Shown here piece after piece: positions 30,201 through 43,500 of a stretch of DNA of 64,000 bases. The translations under genes were made by a program, and so were the position numbers. Origin of the DNA: Phoronis australis (Eukaryota > Animalia > Phoronida); assembly GCA_002633005.1 (NCBI GenBank), contig NMRA01000348.1, positions 359,065 through 423,064 on the forward strand, given 5' to 3'. How positions within the stretch are numbered: position 1 is the stretch's first letter; every line of letters begins with the position of its first letter. The notes beneath the pieces were generated by a model, which had not been told where the DNA came from, ran no database searches, and saw nothing but the letters and a program-made list of their open reading frames with translations.

Positions 30201-31538
30201 GAAAACAGTAAAAATGGCAAATTACGTCGAATCCATCCGAAAACAGAAGGATACTGTAGACTTACTAATAGATGCCTATATACCAAATTTTATGAAAATA
30301 AGTTTTGGATCTTTGAAGATACAGAGGTAAACGTAAAAAAATAAAATTGCCACAAAGGGGCACACCGGTAATCGTATCCTTCGAAAGTTCGCTCATGCCG
30401 TCCCGTTAATAAAATGAACATATGTACAAAATTTCATGAACATACGCCAAACAGTTTTGGAGATAGGGCAGCGGACGCCAGACACCGGACGCCGGACGGA
30501 CGCCGCCCAGACGGACGCAGATGACTGCATAATGCGTCCACATATAAATATATGGGCGCACAAAAGTGACCCTCTTTGCAAAGTCGTAGTCTCGTAATAT
30601 GAATCGATGGTGTGATCTTTTTGTCGGCAAATTCAGAGCCGTCATTCTTTTTGGATTCAGAATCCCGTACTTTAATGAGTGTAAGCAAATTTTTGCCCTT
30701 TTTGAATGTGTTTTTGATAAATTATGTAAAGTCCTTCTATTTTGACGTATATTTCAAGTTCTACGGCATGCAAATTAGCAATCCCGTAACTTCACTCACC
30801 ATTGCCATCTAAATAGAAAAAGGTCCCTTTTATGTCTTTACGTGTTCTTGGTTTATCCGTTTGCTGAAGAATGAAACCAGGCCTATCTTTGCTGCTGTTT
30901 CGCTTTTTTAATTCCTCGAAGTAGTGGTTAATTAGAGCTCGACCTTCTTTACTCGCTTTCCTAATGAAGTAACTGTCGTATCCTGAAAGGGGACGCAAAA
31001 CGCAGTCTACAACACTGACATAATTAGACAAGAGTTTCCCTTGATTTACCAGTTTCCTCGTCGGTTTAAGCTAACACCTATGTACATGTAAGCACAGATT
31101 TGCATATTCGGGTAAGGGCCAGGTGGAATAGGACATTAACTTAACATGTCATAACTTGAGACGAGAATCAGATTCATTGGTGACGTACCCCCACCTCACG
31201 ATAAGTTGACGGGACTATTATACGCAAAGCAACATTAAGACGTGATGCCAAAAAGCTCAATATACATACAGGAACACAGCGAAAAAAATGCTTTAGTAAA
31301 CTGTTATTTGTGTCCAACTGTACTGTTATGTGTGTCCAATTGTAATGTGCAATACTCACTCACGCGCGCGCGCTCGAGCGCGCACGCACACGCGCACACA
31401 TATATAGACACATACACATATAGGCACACACATATGACTCATGTATACATATTCAGACACAGGTACAGACACAGACACAGACAGAGACCCACCCACCCAA
31501 ACATACACACACTCAGACGCACATGCACACGCACACGC

Positions 31539-31580
<42 letters not shown>

Positions 31581-34500
31581 ACACGCACACACAGGTACAC
31601 ACGCGATAACTTACTGGGTACGTTATTGGTAAGGTCTGGATCAACCACGCTTGCTATGGTTGTGAGATTGACGACAATTTCACCATCTTCCGGCAGTGAA
31701 AATGGTCCGGTATTCTTCAAAGTTATAATCGGATGGTTATCTTGAGGAGGCAACAGCAGCGCCACTGTATGATTCAATGTAACTGAAAAGAATGCTAGCT
31801 ACAAACAGTGTTTCGAACAACCACATGTAAAAGTATATCCAAAACACAGGCGGGACAATTATTGATAGACTAGATGGTATGAAATTGCTTAGAAGTCGGG
31901 TCTATATCTTTGAAAATGGACTCGGAAGAGGGCATAGTATACTTGAGAAGCCAAACGGGAGGTGCATCAATTTGGCCCATACCGTAGATTTGAGGCACTG
32001 CGAAGTTTAACCATCATGTTAACTGGTATCACCTGGTTCACAAGCTGACTGAAATGCTAACATTTTTGCCGAACTGCTAGTGTTTTTGCCACTCAAGTGA
32101 ACCTAGTAATAGACACGTCTACAGTCGTTTCGGAGCATAAATAGAGACTAAATTTCAATTTCTTTTAGCTGGAATGTGTTTCAATTTTAAATCAACCCCA
32201 ATTAAAGTTTTGACAGTTAGCTAGTTCACAAAATGTCGAGAAATAACTCCGGAAGTTCATTCATAAAAAGATAGGTGCTATAAAATCACGTTTAACTTCG
32301 TGAAAATGTGGACAAAACACTATTTCAATGCGACAAAATTTGGATCATACTGCAAAATAATCCAGGACATGGGTTTATCTGAGTCTGGCTGAGTTCGGTT
32401 GAAGTCTGTCTAGATCGTTTTACTAAATACTGGATCAACTTCAAACGATAGTGTAATAGTCAAAACTTACTGTTGCCGGACTGAAGATCGACCAAGGATA
32501 TGTTAACGCCAAATACTCCATGGACCATCGTATCTTTTGAATAGATCGCCAGTGCATTAAAATCGCCGCTCAAGTCTAGGGTCATTCCTGTCGTCACGTT
32601 TTCATACTTCCCGACGAACGACTCAGGTTTTGTACTTGCCTCCCTCTTACGCCTCGTTTTAGATTGCTGCTCCTTTTGTCCACTGGAACCAGATTTGGTG
32701 TTAGTACCTGACTGCGCTCCACTCTCACCTTTTTGGGTAGATGGTGCATTGGGCTTTTCGGCGCCACTCTGACCTTGTTTGTCTGCGGTTGCATCAGGCT
32801 TTTGTGCGCCACTTTGGCCTTGCCCGGTAGGGGGTGCACTGGGCTTTTGCGCGCCACTTTGACCTTGTCCGCTAGGGTCTGTATTAGGTTTTTGGGCGCC
32901 TGTTCCGCTTCCACCATTGTTGATAGGCGGCAGATTTGGCTTTTGCACGTTTCCTCCCGTATCAGGCTTCCCAGAGGATCCCCCACGTCCAGGTGTAGGT
33001 GAATATTGAGCTACAATGGACACCGTTGTGATTGCCGGGTTTAAATATATCAAGATTGGGTTACGATTATCGAGATCAGGGAATAACGGTGCTTCTTCGC
33101 AACAAAGAAGTCCGTGTCAATAAATAAGGACCATTTTTGAATTATCAAAAAAGGAAATGTTCTACACTGCTTCTTCAGTAGATTTAAGACACTGAGGAAT
33201 ATGGTCACTGCTATTCACCCAAGTGTAATACCCGGTGTGTTGGCATATTATATGAATAAGTATCTGTGAAGTCGGAAAATTGCGTGCCTAAAACATAATC
33301 TTGATGTTAAGAAAAGTAACACAATTGTTTATCGATTAGGGTACTTTTATGTTTTGTTTCCCAACACATAGTACCAATCACTTCTCCCGACCTCCAGTGA
33401 ATACTCCAGAACATTTGTTCTAGAAACCCAAAATCACAACCTCGTGCATCAACGACATGGAAAGATACCTTTGTAGAGTACAATTTGAACGTCGGTAGTC
33501 TGTGGTAGCCCAGTTACCACCAAAGCCTCATTTTGACCGACCTCGAGATCCATGAATAAATCTTGCAGGAAGGCAAACTGTTCGTGAATAACAACCTGAC
33601 TCTTTCTCAGATCACCGTCTGTAAATTTAAACAATCTTTCGTCACTTGGTTTTCTAAGCACTTTGAAATAGAAGCTAACTTCTTTCGCCTAAATTACACA
33701 CACATCTAAATTATGCGTGCCTCGATTCAAAACACAGCTCGATCACAATTTCAAAGTAAATCACACGCATAAAAGAGTTGATTCGGTATCAGGACGTTGA
33801 GTTCAGGAACCCATTGATATACACCATGTGCAGTTTTTCGCTTAAAATGAGTGAGAATATTCGAAAAATTGTGTTTCGAATTGTGTCAGTTGCACTACCT
33901 TTGTAAGTTTAGCTTCATCTCTAAATCAAGACAATTGCTTCTGAAAAGATAGAGAACACGACGACAAAACAGCTTGTGCTGTCGTGCGGTCATTATAGGC
34001 TCCCTAAACATGCACATGTACATTGTGTGTGCATAGATGCTATATGTATTTAAGATAAACTCAAATATGAACCTAACCGTACATATATGACTGTTCACAC
34101 AGAGCAACAACGGTCAGCGCGAATAAAAGTCTACTCTTCCATAATTGACACATTATACTTGTACCTGCTTTGTCGTCTGTTGTAGCTTCCTCAAACGACG
34201 GCCAATCGCACGTGGAAAAACCGCATCCGCTATCACAACATCTCTTCTCTTCGAAACAGTCAGAGTCTTTGGAGCACACCTCCGTCGTTTGTATGGAGGC
34301 ACAGTGCTGGACTTGCTCGTTCTGATTTGAAAACTGAGGAGGGGCGTTGCATGTTCCTTCCTTTTCTGTAAACAATGCAGGGAGAATCGTATACGTTTTA
34401 CGTCTGTGGCATGTAATAGAGTCAAGACTTTTAAATCGCGTTTCAACGACTTTTATTTTATTCCAGTCAACAGAAGACGTCACAGGAGATTCCATTGGAA

Positions 34501-37500
34501 AAACAACGCCCGATTAAACAGAACAGGCACTAAACTAAAAAGTACCCTAGGTCCACCATGTAACGAATTATATTAGTATCTAATTCAAGTAAAAAAACTA
34601 AATAAGAATTGTTGTGTAAAAGTTTGAGCCTGAGATGAAGTCGAAAAAAAACACAACCTGTTTAATTTTTGCTTGAATTCATAACATAAGCGTTTGTGAA
34701 CACACCTTACAGCACGAAAAAGACAACAACATATATATTAGGTGACCTACATGTAACACCAAGCAATTCGACGTCATAGAAATTCCCTTGTCAAATTCGA
34801 GATAATTTCAGGGCTGCTAAAGATGCAAAAATCTTTGTTGATTCGCCCGGATGAAATGCTTTCGAGCACATTATAGGCTTAAAACGCATGATTGTACTTT
34901 GTATTTTTTGTATTACACAATGTAAAAAATCGTGAATGGTTAAGACCATGATTAGAAACTTGGCCTGCCGAAGTGTGTCATTTCACGCGCCGAGAACGGT
35001 TACAGAAACTTGTGAGGTGATAGTTATCTGCAAAACCAGAAATCACCTCCATTCCAGTAAGGAACCATTTGAAACCGACCGTGCGTTGAGTAGCGGTAGG
35101 GCGCACTCGACGATTTAGCTAAAATCCAGCCAGAATCGCGTGTTTTCATTTAAAATACAAGACAACATTTCACGTAATCTCACGGGATCTTGCTTTTTAG
35201 CGAGGCCCTTACGTTACTGAACAGGAGGCTGTAGGTGGTATAAAAGAAAAGCTTGCTTCTTTGGCGGAAAGCAGGTTTGTATCCTCTCCAAGTCAAAAGT
35301 ATGAGCCTCACATTGGTTTGTTGATGTAACTCACTGACAAAATAAACTAACCATAAGTGCCACAGTCGATGTCCACGCAGCTTCCACGCATAAAGCAGAA
35401 GACCTGGAAGAACAAATGGTATTTCCGGTACCACGCATGCACTTTATATCAGGGGCCTTGCGCAAACGTCCAACCCAATTCAAGAATCAGGGAGACTGAC
35501 AAATTTTCATTTTACCATGCAAACATACATTACGTGCTACATAACTTAAACTCATTCTGAAGAACTTTGATTATTACGTAAATGGAGCGACGTATACGTG
35601 TTGCATACTGGACAGAGAAGTTCGATCACGTCACGTCAAAAACGAACAAGTTAAAACGGTCGCAACGTTTACGGTAGGCACGGGCGTATTGAGTCGTATG
35701 AATAGGAGAGGTGGAGGTTGTGATTGTAGTACCGATGCACTTAAAATTCCCCTAAACTCTGCAGTTGGAACATTACTTTCCAAAAAAAGTCTCCAGTTGA
35801 AGCATGGGAACAACATTATGCGTACCAGAGGAAATTCCAATTTTATTTCTTTGACACTGCTTTTGATTTATTCACCGCTCTGAATCTGCTGAACCGATTT
35901 CCTGTATGCGGATGAACTTGTCAACATCCCAAGAAACGACACTCATACAGCTGTGTCAGATTGACAAATCATAAAAATTGACATGCTAGCCTAGAAACAA
36001 TTTTAAATCTATATTTAGCTTACCTGTCGAGGACCACATGAGATGCCTCGATCAAATTCTTCATCCTTGGAGGACCAAGCCTGATCGACTTTTCTACTCT
36101 CTGGAAATGAAAGTTTGTTTTTGTAGTGTCGTTTGCAGGCAATTGTTCAAGGCTCTTACTACATTCATTTCATGAACTTTCCCAAAAGTGGAATGTGCCT
36201 ATCACCTTCAAAAGACACTCTTGTTTGGGTAAGCAATCCAGTAGCATACTGCAATCGTTTTGTTGGTATTAGACGGAACCATTGTTCACTGTCGTGGAGA
36301 TTTTTCAGACTCAAGGTACGTTCTGCAGTGGTACTTTCATGCGAAAATGATTCGTGTTAACTAATTTTGCAAACATTGCGCACTTACAATGTTGGAGATT
36401 TTAATTGACAACAATTTTAACAAAGATTGATTACATTTTCCGTTGCGAAATTGTTCTAGCAAACATCACGTGACGTCCAGCAACTAAGGGAGGGGTCATA
36501 CAAACACTCCCAACCCAATGCTGAAGATTGACATGTCCCGTTTACTACTCAATGAAATTCCAGGCAATGCCTAGCTTACACGCTTTTGGCTCATAAAAAA
36601 CCTACCCTCATCGCCGCATGATATGTCGACGCATCTTCCTCGCATGAAACAGTAAATCTGTCAACAAGAAAAAAACAATTAGGCATAGAATGTCCAGTTA
36701 CCAATTGATGACATGTGCACTGTACGTGAGTACAAAATGGATTCATCGCAAATGCATACATTCTAGTAACTACAACCATCACATTTTTTAATTATATATC
36801 AGGGTAATTGAATACGACATTATCTGAAGTAATCTTGCTTTTTGTTGCCTCTGCTCTGTAAGGAGGTCCGGGTTTTTGTCCGAGTTGTTGCAAATGGAAT
36901 ATGTTTGACATAAAGATCTGAGGAACGGGCTGATGTGTAATGACACTACATTTAAGTTATACTAGTTTCATGTTTTCTCCAATGTCACTCTTAAAGCCTA
37001 ACTTCAACCGAGATTTGTTATTTTAGATGTAATGGGCTAATCAGATAGTCCTAGCAAAGCCTTAGTAAAATAAGAAAACGCGAGTTCAATGACGCAAATG
37101 TAAGCCCGTCGAATGAAAGGTGAAGCTGTTCTTCCGTACCATGTTGGGTCACCGCGAGATCCCAGCACATTCATATCAACAACAGTTTGTACTGATTAGA
37201 ATACCATTGAGTGAGGGTGTTATTTGCAGCTGTTTGAATTCAAAAGTTATTCTTGCGGTGATATAGACACAAGCAAGCCGATACGCCTAACAGTTCGTTA
37301 CATTTGGCAATTTATGGCATAGTAGGTTCAGAGATGTACTCTTAACGGTTTAATACAAAAACTATTGTACATCACCATGAGCATAATCTTTAACAAAATA
37401 ATTGCAATTGTCAACTTACTTGATGTCAATAAATCCATACATCTCAAAAATACGTAATACATTAAAATGGACTGATACTCACACGAATTTCTCACCATTC

Positions 37501-40500
37501 ACGCAAATTGAATAACTCTACTTTCACCTACTCTGTTGCTCTGGTGTAAAACTCTTTGGATTTTGCTCTGCAATAATCTGCCACAGCCTCTTCAGAAGTA
37601 AGATGGCTTCAAAAAACCACTTAGATGTACATAAAATTATTTTGGCAAATAAACAGAAACCATGATATAAAACAGAGCATTCCAAGAAAATTGTGTGAAA
37701 CTTGAAAAAATGAGTTGAATATCAGAGTGTTTCGTGATAACACGATATCTCTCTATATAAAAAGGAACCTTTAGAAACAGTCCTGCAAAACATGCAATGC
37801 ACTGAAAAGGGTATGTGTGTAGACTTTGCACCATAAATGTCCGCATCTAAACATGCAAAAAGGCAAAAGCAGTATTAGAGGGGTAGCGTGACCTGCACAC
37901 TGAAATTCCATGCTTTACTTGTAGCGAGGTAGAAACGACTATGAGAGGCAAAGAATGGGGATCAATGATTAACAAAGGAGTGTATGGTTATCACTAAAGG
38001 CGGGTACAATGGCGATTGTCCACTGGCATATGATGGGAGTCTGTTGAGTGACGGAAAATTACGAGAACAAATAGATTAAACCAACTTGCACGCATAAACA
38101 CCAAAGGTGTAAATAGTAGGTAAATCAACAACAATATGTTTGATTGATAAAGAAGCGAGCAGTCTACTCTTTGGACGAACGCCAACATAGGGTTACTGAC
38201 CAGATAGTGTTATTTACAACACCAGTGATACCATCGAGAAGTCGACAACACCAACATTGACAAAAATGACAATAACATTAGCACTTTGCAACAACACCAA
38301 TCATCTTGCCTGGTTTGGACTGCACTTAGTCCCTCCTTCATCCACGGCCGCACCAGGGGGAAGCACATTCGGCTTCTTTTCTTAAAGGGCAAACAATGGG
38401 TACTGATTGATATTGATACTGGACATTGATCACGTTCAGGTTGATGTGGAAAAGAAACACGAGTTACAACTGTGAAATTTGGTAAGGTTATGCTTGTTAT
38501 AGAAGACAGAAGCTTCCTGTGAAGTCAATTTAAATGCGGACTTCAAACTGTCCAATTGACCTAAATATATGGCCAAAATTTTGAGTGATGACTTAACTGA
38601 CCATTTAGAACTCATCATTCCTAACACACACTCGTTTTGAAGCCGTCATTTTACCAGACAAACAAAACGATGCCGGATAATAGGTATTGCTTGTTAGCCG
38701 ACATTACGCAATTAGGGGGCGGCACTTGCGATAGGTCAATTGGTGTAATTCCGTTTCAGCCAATCACTTTCGTACACTAAGCTTATCCTTTACTACGACT
38801 ACAGTTGGAACAATTTCGTCCGAAAGCTTAGTGTTTACTGCAATATGAAGGTATATTATATCCACAGACATTATGGCATGGAACCATAGGGCAGGGGTTG
38901 TTAAGTAAAAGAGGACAATTATTCCATCCACCTAATTTACTATGGAAACCATGCGTCTTACCTTCCGTGTTGGTTACACATTCAACGTCTACGCATCGTT
39001 GAAGCATAAAGCAATACACCTAGAAGCACATATATAACGCGTTACTAAATCCTCGAAACCAAACCAGAGTCGTCTGGACACGCTACCACGGAACTACCTC
39101 ATCATTCTTCAAATAAGAGGTGATCTTGGCGACGAATTAAACAAGCCTACAGACCGGATACCGATTTCTAGGCATTACACAACAAATATGTAGTTATCTT
39201 CAGCGAAGAAGGTTAGTATTTGCAAAGTCATGGAACTGGAACCCGATCTGTTCTTGATCCCAAGAAATACTGTACTTGTTTTGGAAGTCACGTGGCTCCA
39301 CTACAATGCTTTGTAATCTCTCTCAGACTTTCTGGTCCCGTTAATCTCACAATGAAACTAATCTTATGGAACACAGGCATGTCCATTGTTAAACCAGAGA
39401 CCATTAATTCAACCAATCAAGCTGCCTTTGGTCATGTTTAGCTGTCAATGTTGAAATTTTAAGGGAAATGAATGGGGTTTAAAAACATCACCACTCTCAT
39501 CCGATTTTGAAGTATTGCTGAATGTGCCGTCCAATTCACATCACAGCTGCTGTTTACATGCGCCATTTTGGAGTTTTAAAGTTGGCAAAACCTTTCTGCG
39601 GCAGGGAATATTCTGATAACGATTTTCTTTTCGGCTAGCTAAACTGGACAAAAAGCAGCTTTAAGCAACCGACAGTTACACTGCACGCCGGGTTAAGTCA
39701 TGATGTACTGCAAACGACTATGAAAGGAGGGATGGTCACAACAAAAATTCTTGCCTGGTCTGAGCGACATTTGATCCCAGCGTCTTTCGCGTTCTCACCA
39801 GGGCCATGATTGGTTACGGTTTTATCCTCCAAGTTTCCTATTCTAGATCTATCTACACACGTCATCATGGCAAGTACGAATACCTAATGGGGAAAATATG
39901 TCTTTAGGACAAACGTGTCAGTGTTGTTATTATTACATATCTGTAATGTTTATTTCTATCCTTGTTTTTGGTAACGATGACATATAGCCATCTACATGCA
40001 ATATCGATTTGCACTCAAGAAATACCAGTTTGTGAAATATTTCACTTCCTAAGATAACACTCAACAACTTCAAATGCTTAGAAGATAAAAACGTTTTGAT
40101 AATGGGGGGAACACGATGAAGACGCGTTACCCATGGGTCAGCGATTTGCGCTTAAGGTTTTCATTTGTTAAAATCCTGGCTCTGAACACCGGCAGACACT
40201 CGAATATAATCAAATGAAATTCATTCTCCTCTGAGCTAACCGATTGATGCAATGGAGTGAATGCGAACCTGGTGTGCGTTCAGTAACCGTAGGACCTGCG
40301 CTAGGGCCTAGCTGATGTTTAGCCGAATGCACGCGTTCTCATTTCAAATAATGTCCAATATCTCACGTAATATCGTGAAACCTTGCTTTTTAGTACGGCC
40401 CTAGCGTTACTGAACGGGAGGCTAGAGACAATGCGAAGATATTTTCGGGGGTGATCTCATATTGACAAGTGATGGAATCACAACATCGATCCTTGCCTGA

Positions 40501-43500
40501 TCTGGGCGGCACTTTATTCCCTTGTCTTTCCTGTCCTCTGAACGTGTCTCTTGGGTTCGGTTGGAATTCTTAGACTTGTTAAGCATAGAACGATCTACAC
40601 ACTTCTTCAAGGCAAGAACGTATACCTGATTTCGGAAGACAGATTCCATTTCTTACTAAACACAGCGTGTTAGTAAAATTTCTATCGAAAGCAAGGAAAA
40701 GTCACCCTGAACGTTTTCAAGTTTGAGGAGTTCATCACTACGTTAACGGTACAATATGTCATCAACAGTTTCGTAGCTGCTTGGGGTGGTAATATTATTA
40801 AGCAACTCGACGGAGCAACATGCGTCATACGTCAAAATACTAAAAACAAAAAGCAAAAGCTAACAGCAGCAAAATAACCTGAAATATCGCAATACGCATA
40901 AATAAACAGGTGACTCCGGGAAGGGCTTATTATGCCACTTGCCTATACCTGCTTTCTGGGGGTACCCTTTGTAAACAAAAATCTTGACTACTGAAGGAAC
41001 ACTTGCTGAACGTTTATTTCTAATTGGTGGTATTGACCACATAACGACATCAACTGGTAAGAGACAGGTGGACAGAAGACGTCCTGTAACGCCAAGTGAT
41101 ACAGTTCGCTGGATAAGACACATGTCGGACGAACAGAGTTTGGGTAAGCAACTTTAACACATATACCGGTATAATTGCCCGAACAAGGTGCAACAGAAAA
41201 CCTATTGGATACCGGAGGATGAAAGAGGTCATAAAACTTTCGAGGAAGTGCTTCCTGTAGAATTGTGCACAGACTTCAAGGAGTAGTCAACCGAATAGAT
41301 GTCAGCTATAGAATTTTTCTAGTATAAAAGCCACGTGAATTGAATTGTGTATTTGATATTTAACACAACTTATTTGATCAGTAAATTGAAGAAATTAACA
41401 ACCCCGTAGTAAAAATGCCCTAGATTTCGAAAACTCAAGTGCCAATGGCACCTTTCTGAGCAATAGGACAAGTGAAAAACGTTTAATCACTTCTCGTTTG
41501 TCTTTTTAATTTTTTAATGTTTAGATTGCAGAAAAAGTTTGCTCTCTCATCACAATAACAAACTGGAACTGGCAATTTAGGAGAGTGGCGCCTCCTCTAG
41601 GATTGTATGGAAGAACATGTCGGAGTTGCAAACATGTTGTCTATAATCTATGGTGCAACGACGTGATGATAGTTAGGCCTACTCTCATTTCTTAACAGTG
41701 TCTGAGGTTTTGCTATTTACCAAAATGTGAAGTGTTTTAAACATATGTATGCGTGTGCAGTTCACTCAGCTAATGTTCCTTCCGCAGGCTATATTTAAAT
41801 CTATGGTGTCGTCGCAAAACAAAATCAATCACAACCTTGCCATTATCTCGCCGACTGCAAGAACATAATTGGTGTTGTGAAGGAACTCTAAAAATTCTTA
41901 AGGTGCTTTGACGCTGTATACTTCATTGTATCTGCAACATGCTTCATCTTAATTGGACACTGACATGGGCTAAGGCTTACCAACCCAATACTCTACCGGC
42001 AATTCACAATTAGTCACTTTGTAGTGAATGATAGACGAGAGAACTTAAAACTCAGCAATTATAGAACCTTTACCTCAGGTCCCCTTTGGTCATGTTACTG
42101 CAAGAAATTCACACATGTAAGATTCAGCATCACCTGATGAGTTTTGCTCACTTCATTAACATGTTGTTGGTAAGCAATACTCCGCTGTCACACATAAGCG
42201 AAAAATGATGGGCCATTTCTAAAGATCACTTCGACCAAACCGTTTGACCGCCGAGTTACTCGGGTTATCTTGCAATATTTATATTTTTGAAAACATGTTC
42301 CCCTCGACGGCATTAAATCTACAGAGCTTTGAATATTATATGATATCAATAACTCAGAATAATGAATACAGAAAGAAAAGTTTATCCTGGAGGTCTAAGA
42401 TATTTCATGTATCAGCAAAATGAGAACGATGAAATACAATAGAGCCACCCTGTTTTAAAGGCATCTGGTGTTTATTGAGTCAATCTTTGTCATACGGAGG
42501 TTGTTTAACTACACCTGTACATGTATGCTGTGATAATCTCCGGCATACTTTGACTCCTGTCAATTAAGTCTCCTGACCTGAGGAGTGCGCCAAATGCTAG
42601 AAAATGTTTATGGCTTAGCTACTGTTGTATATTTTCAAACGTGAAATAAAAAAAACGGTGTTGACATATAGTTCTAGAAGCTTGGAGACTGGTAATCAAC
42701 TCTATAATAACCGTCTACGGAAATTCATTGGCCAATTCAATGCATGTGATTGCCCGACAAACATTCTTAAAGTTCAAAATATGTATGGAAATAATTGGAG
42801 TGCATCAAAATTCCAAGGGATGCCATTTCCGCGAAGTATTACACACTTGCACAGCCACACAAACACACACACACACACACACACTTAACTGAAGAAGGTT
42901 GAGAGAAAGTTGTCGAATCAAACCTCTTTAAAGTTAGTCATATTTTTGCACAATAGTACTAACACAATTGAACTTTTTCAGGCTCACTTTCGCAACAGTA
43001 GCAGCTACTGTACATCACATGTAGAATTAAGCATGAACGAGTAGGCTATGATTAATAATATTTGATTCATAATTTGATGCACTATATGCCCAATGGTATT
43101 GATAGCATTAGGTTAACTCACCTGGTTAGGCCCACAGATCATCGGCTTTTTGCCCTCGCCGCCTTGATGTGGCGGTCTAGTTTCTCCTTCTTTACCTGGT
43201 GGTCGGGTTTCTCCTTCGCGTCTTGGGGGATGCATGGTTCCTTCACCAAGAGGAGGTTGTTTAGTTCCACCTTCATTTCGTGGCGGGTGAGTTCCACCTT
43301 CACGGGTTGGGGGTGGCATGGTTTTTCTTTCACCAAAAGGAGGCTTTGTAATTTCACCTTCTTTTCTTGGCGGGTGAGTTCCACCCTCACGCGTGGGGGG
43401 CGGCATGTTTTTTCCTTCTCCGGTGGGTAGCGGTTTTGATATTCCTTCCTTTCCTGTTGGCTGAGTTTCACTTCCACGCGTTGGGGGAGGCATGGTCTTT

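Noticed and set aside
28880-30400. Repeat array considered as CRISPR-like
   Set aside because: Units are long diverged tandem repeats with no unique spacers, there are no cas genes, and the context is eukaryotic
31242-31632. ORFs rich in HT/VC dipeptides
   Set aside because: Translations of the (CA)n microsatellite
37531-37567. Possible small phase 1-1 exon (EQNPKSFTPEQQ)
   Set aside because: Not needed for frame continuity and too short to support without transcripts
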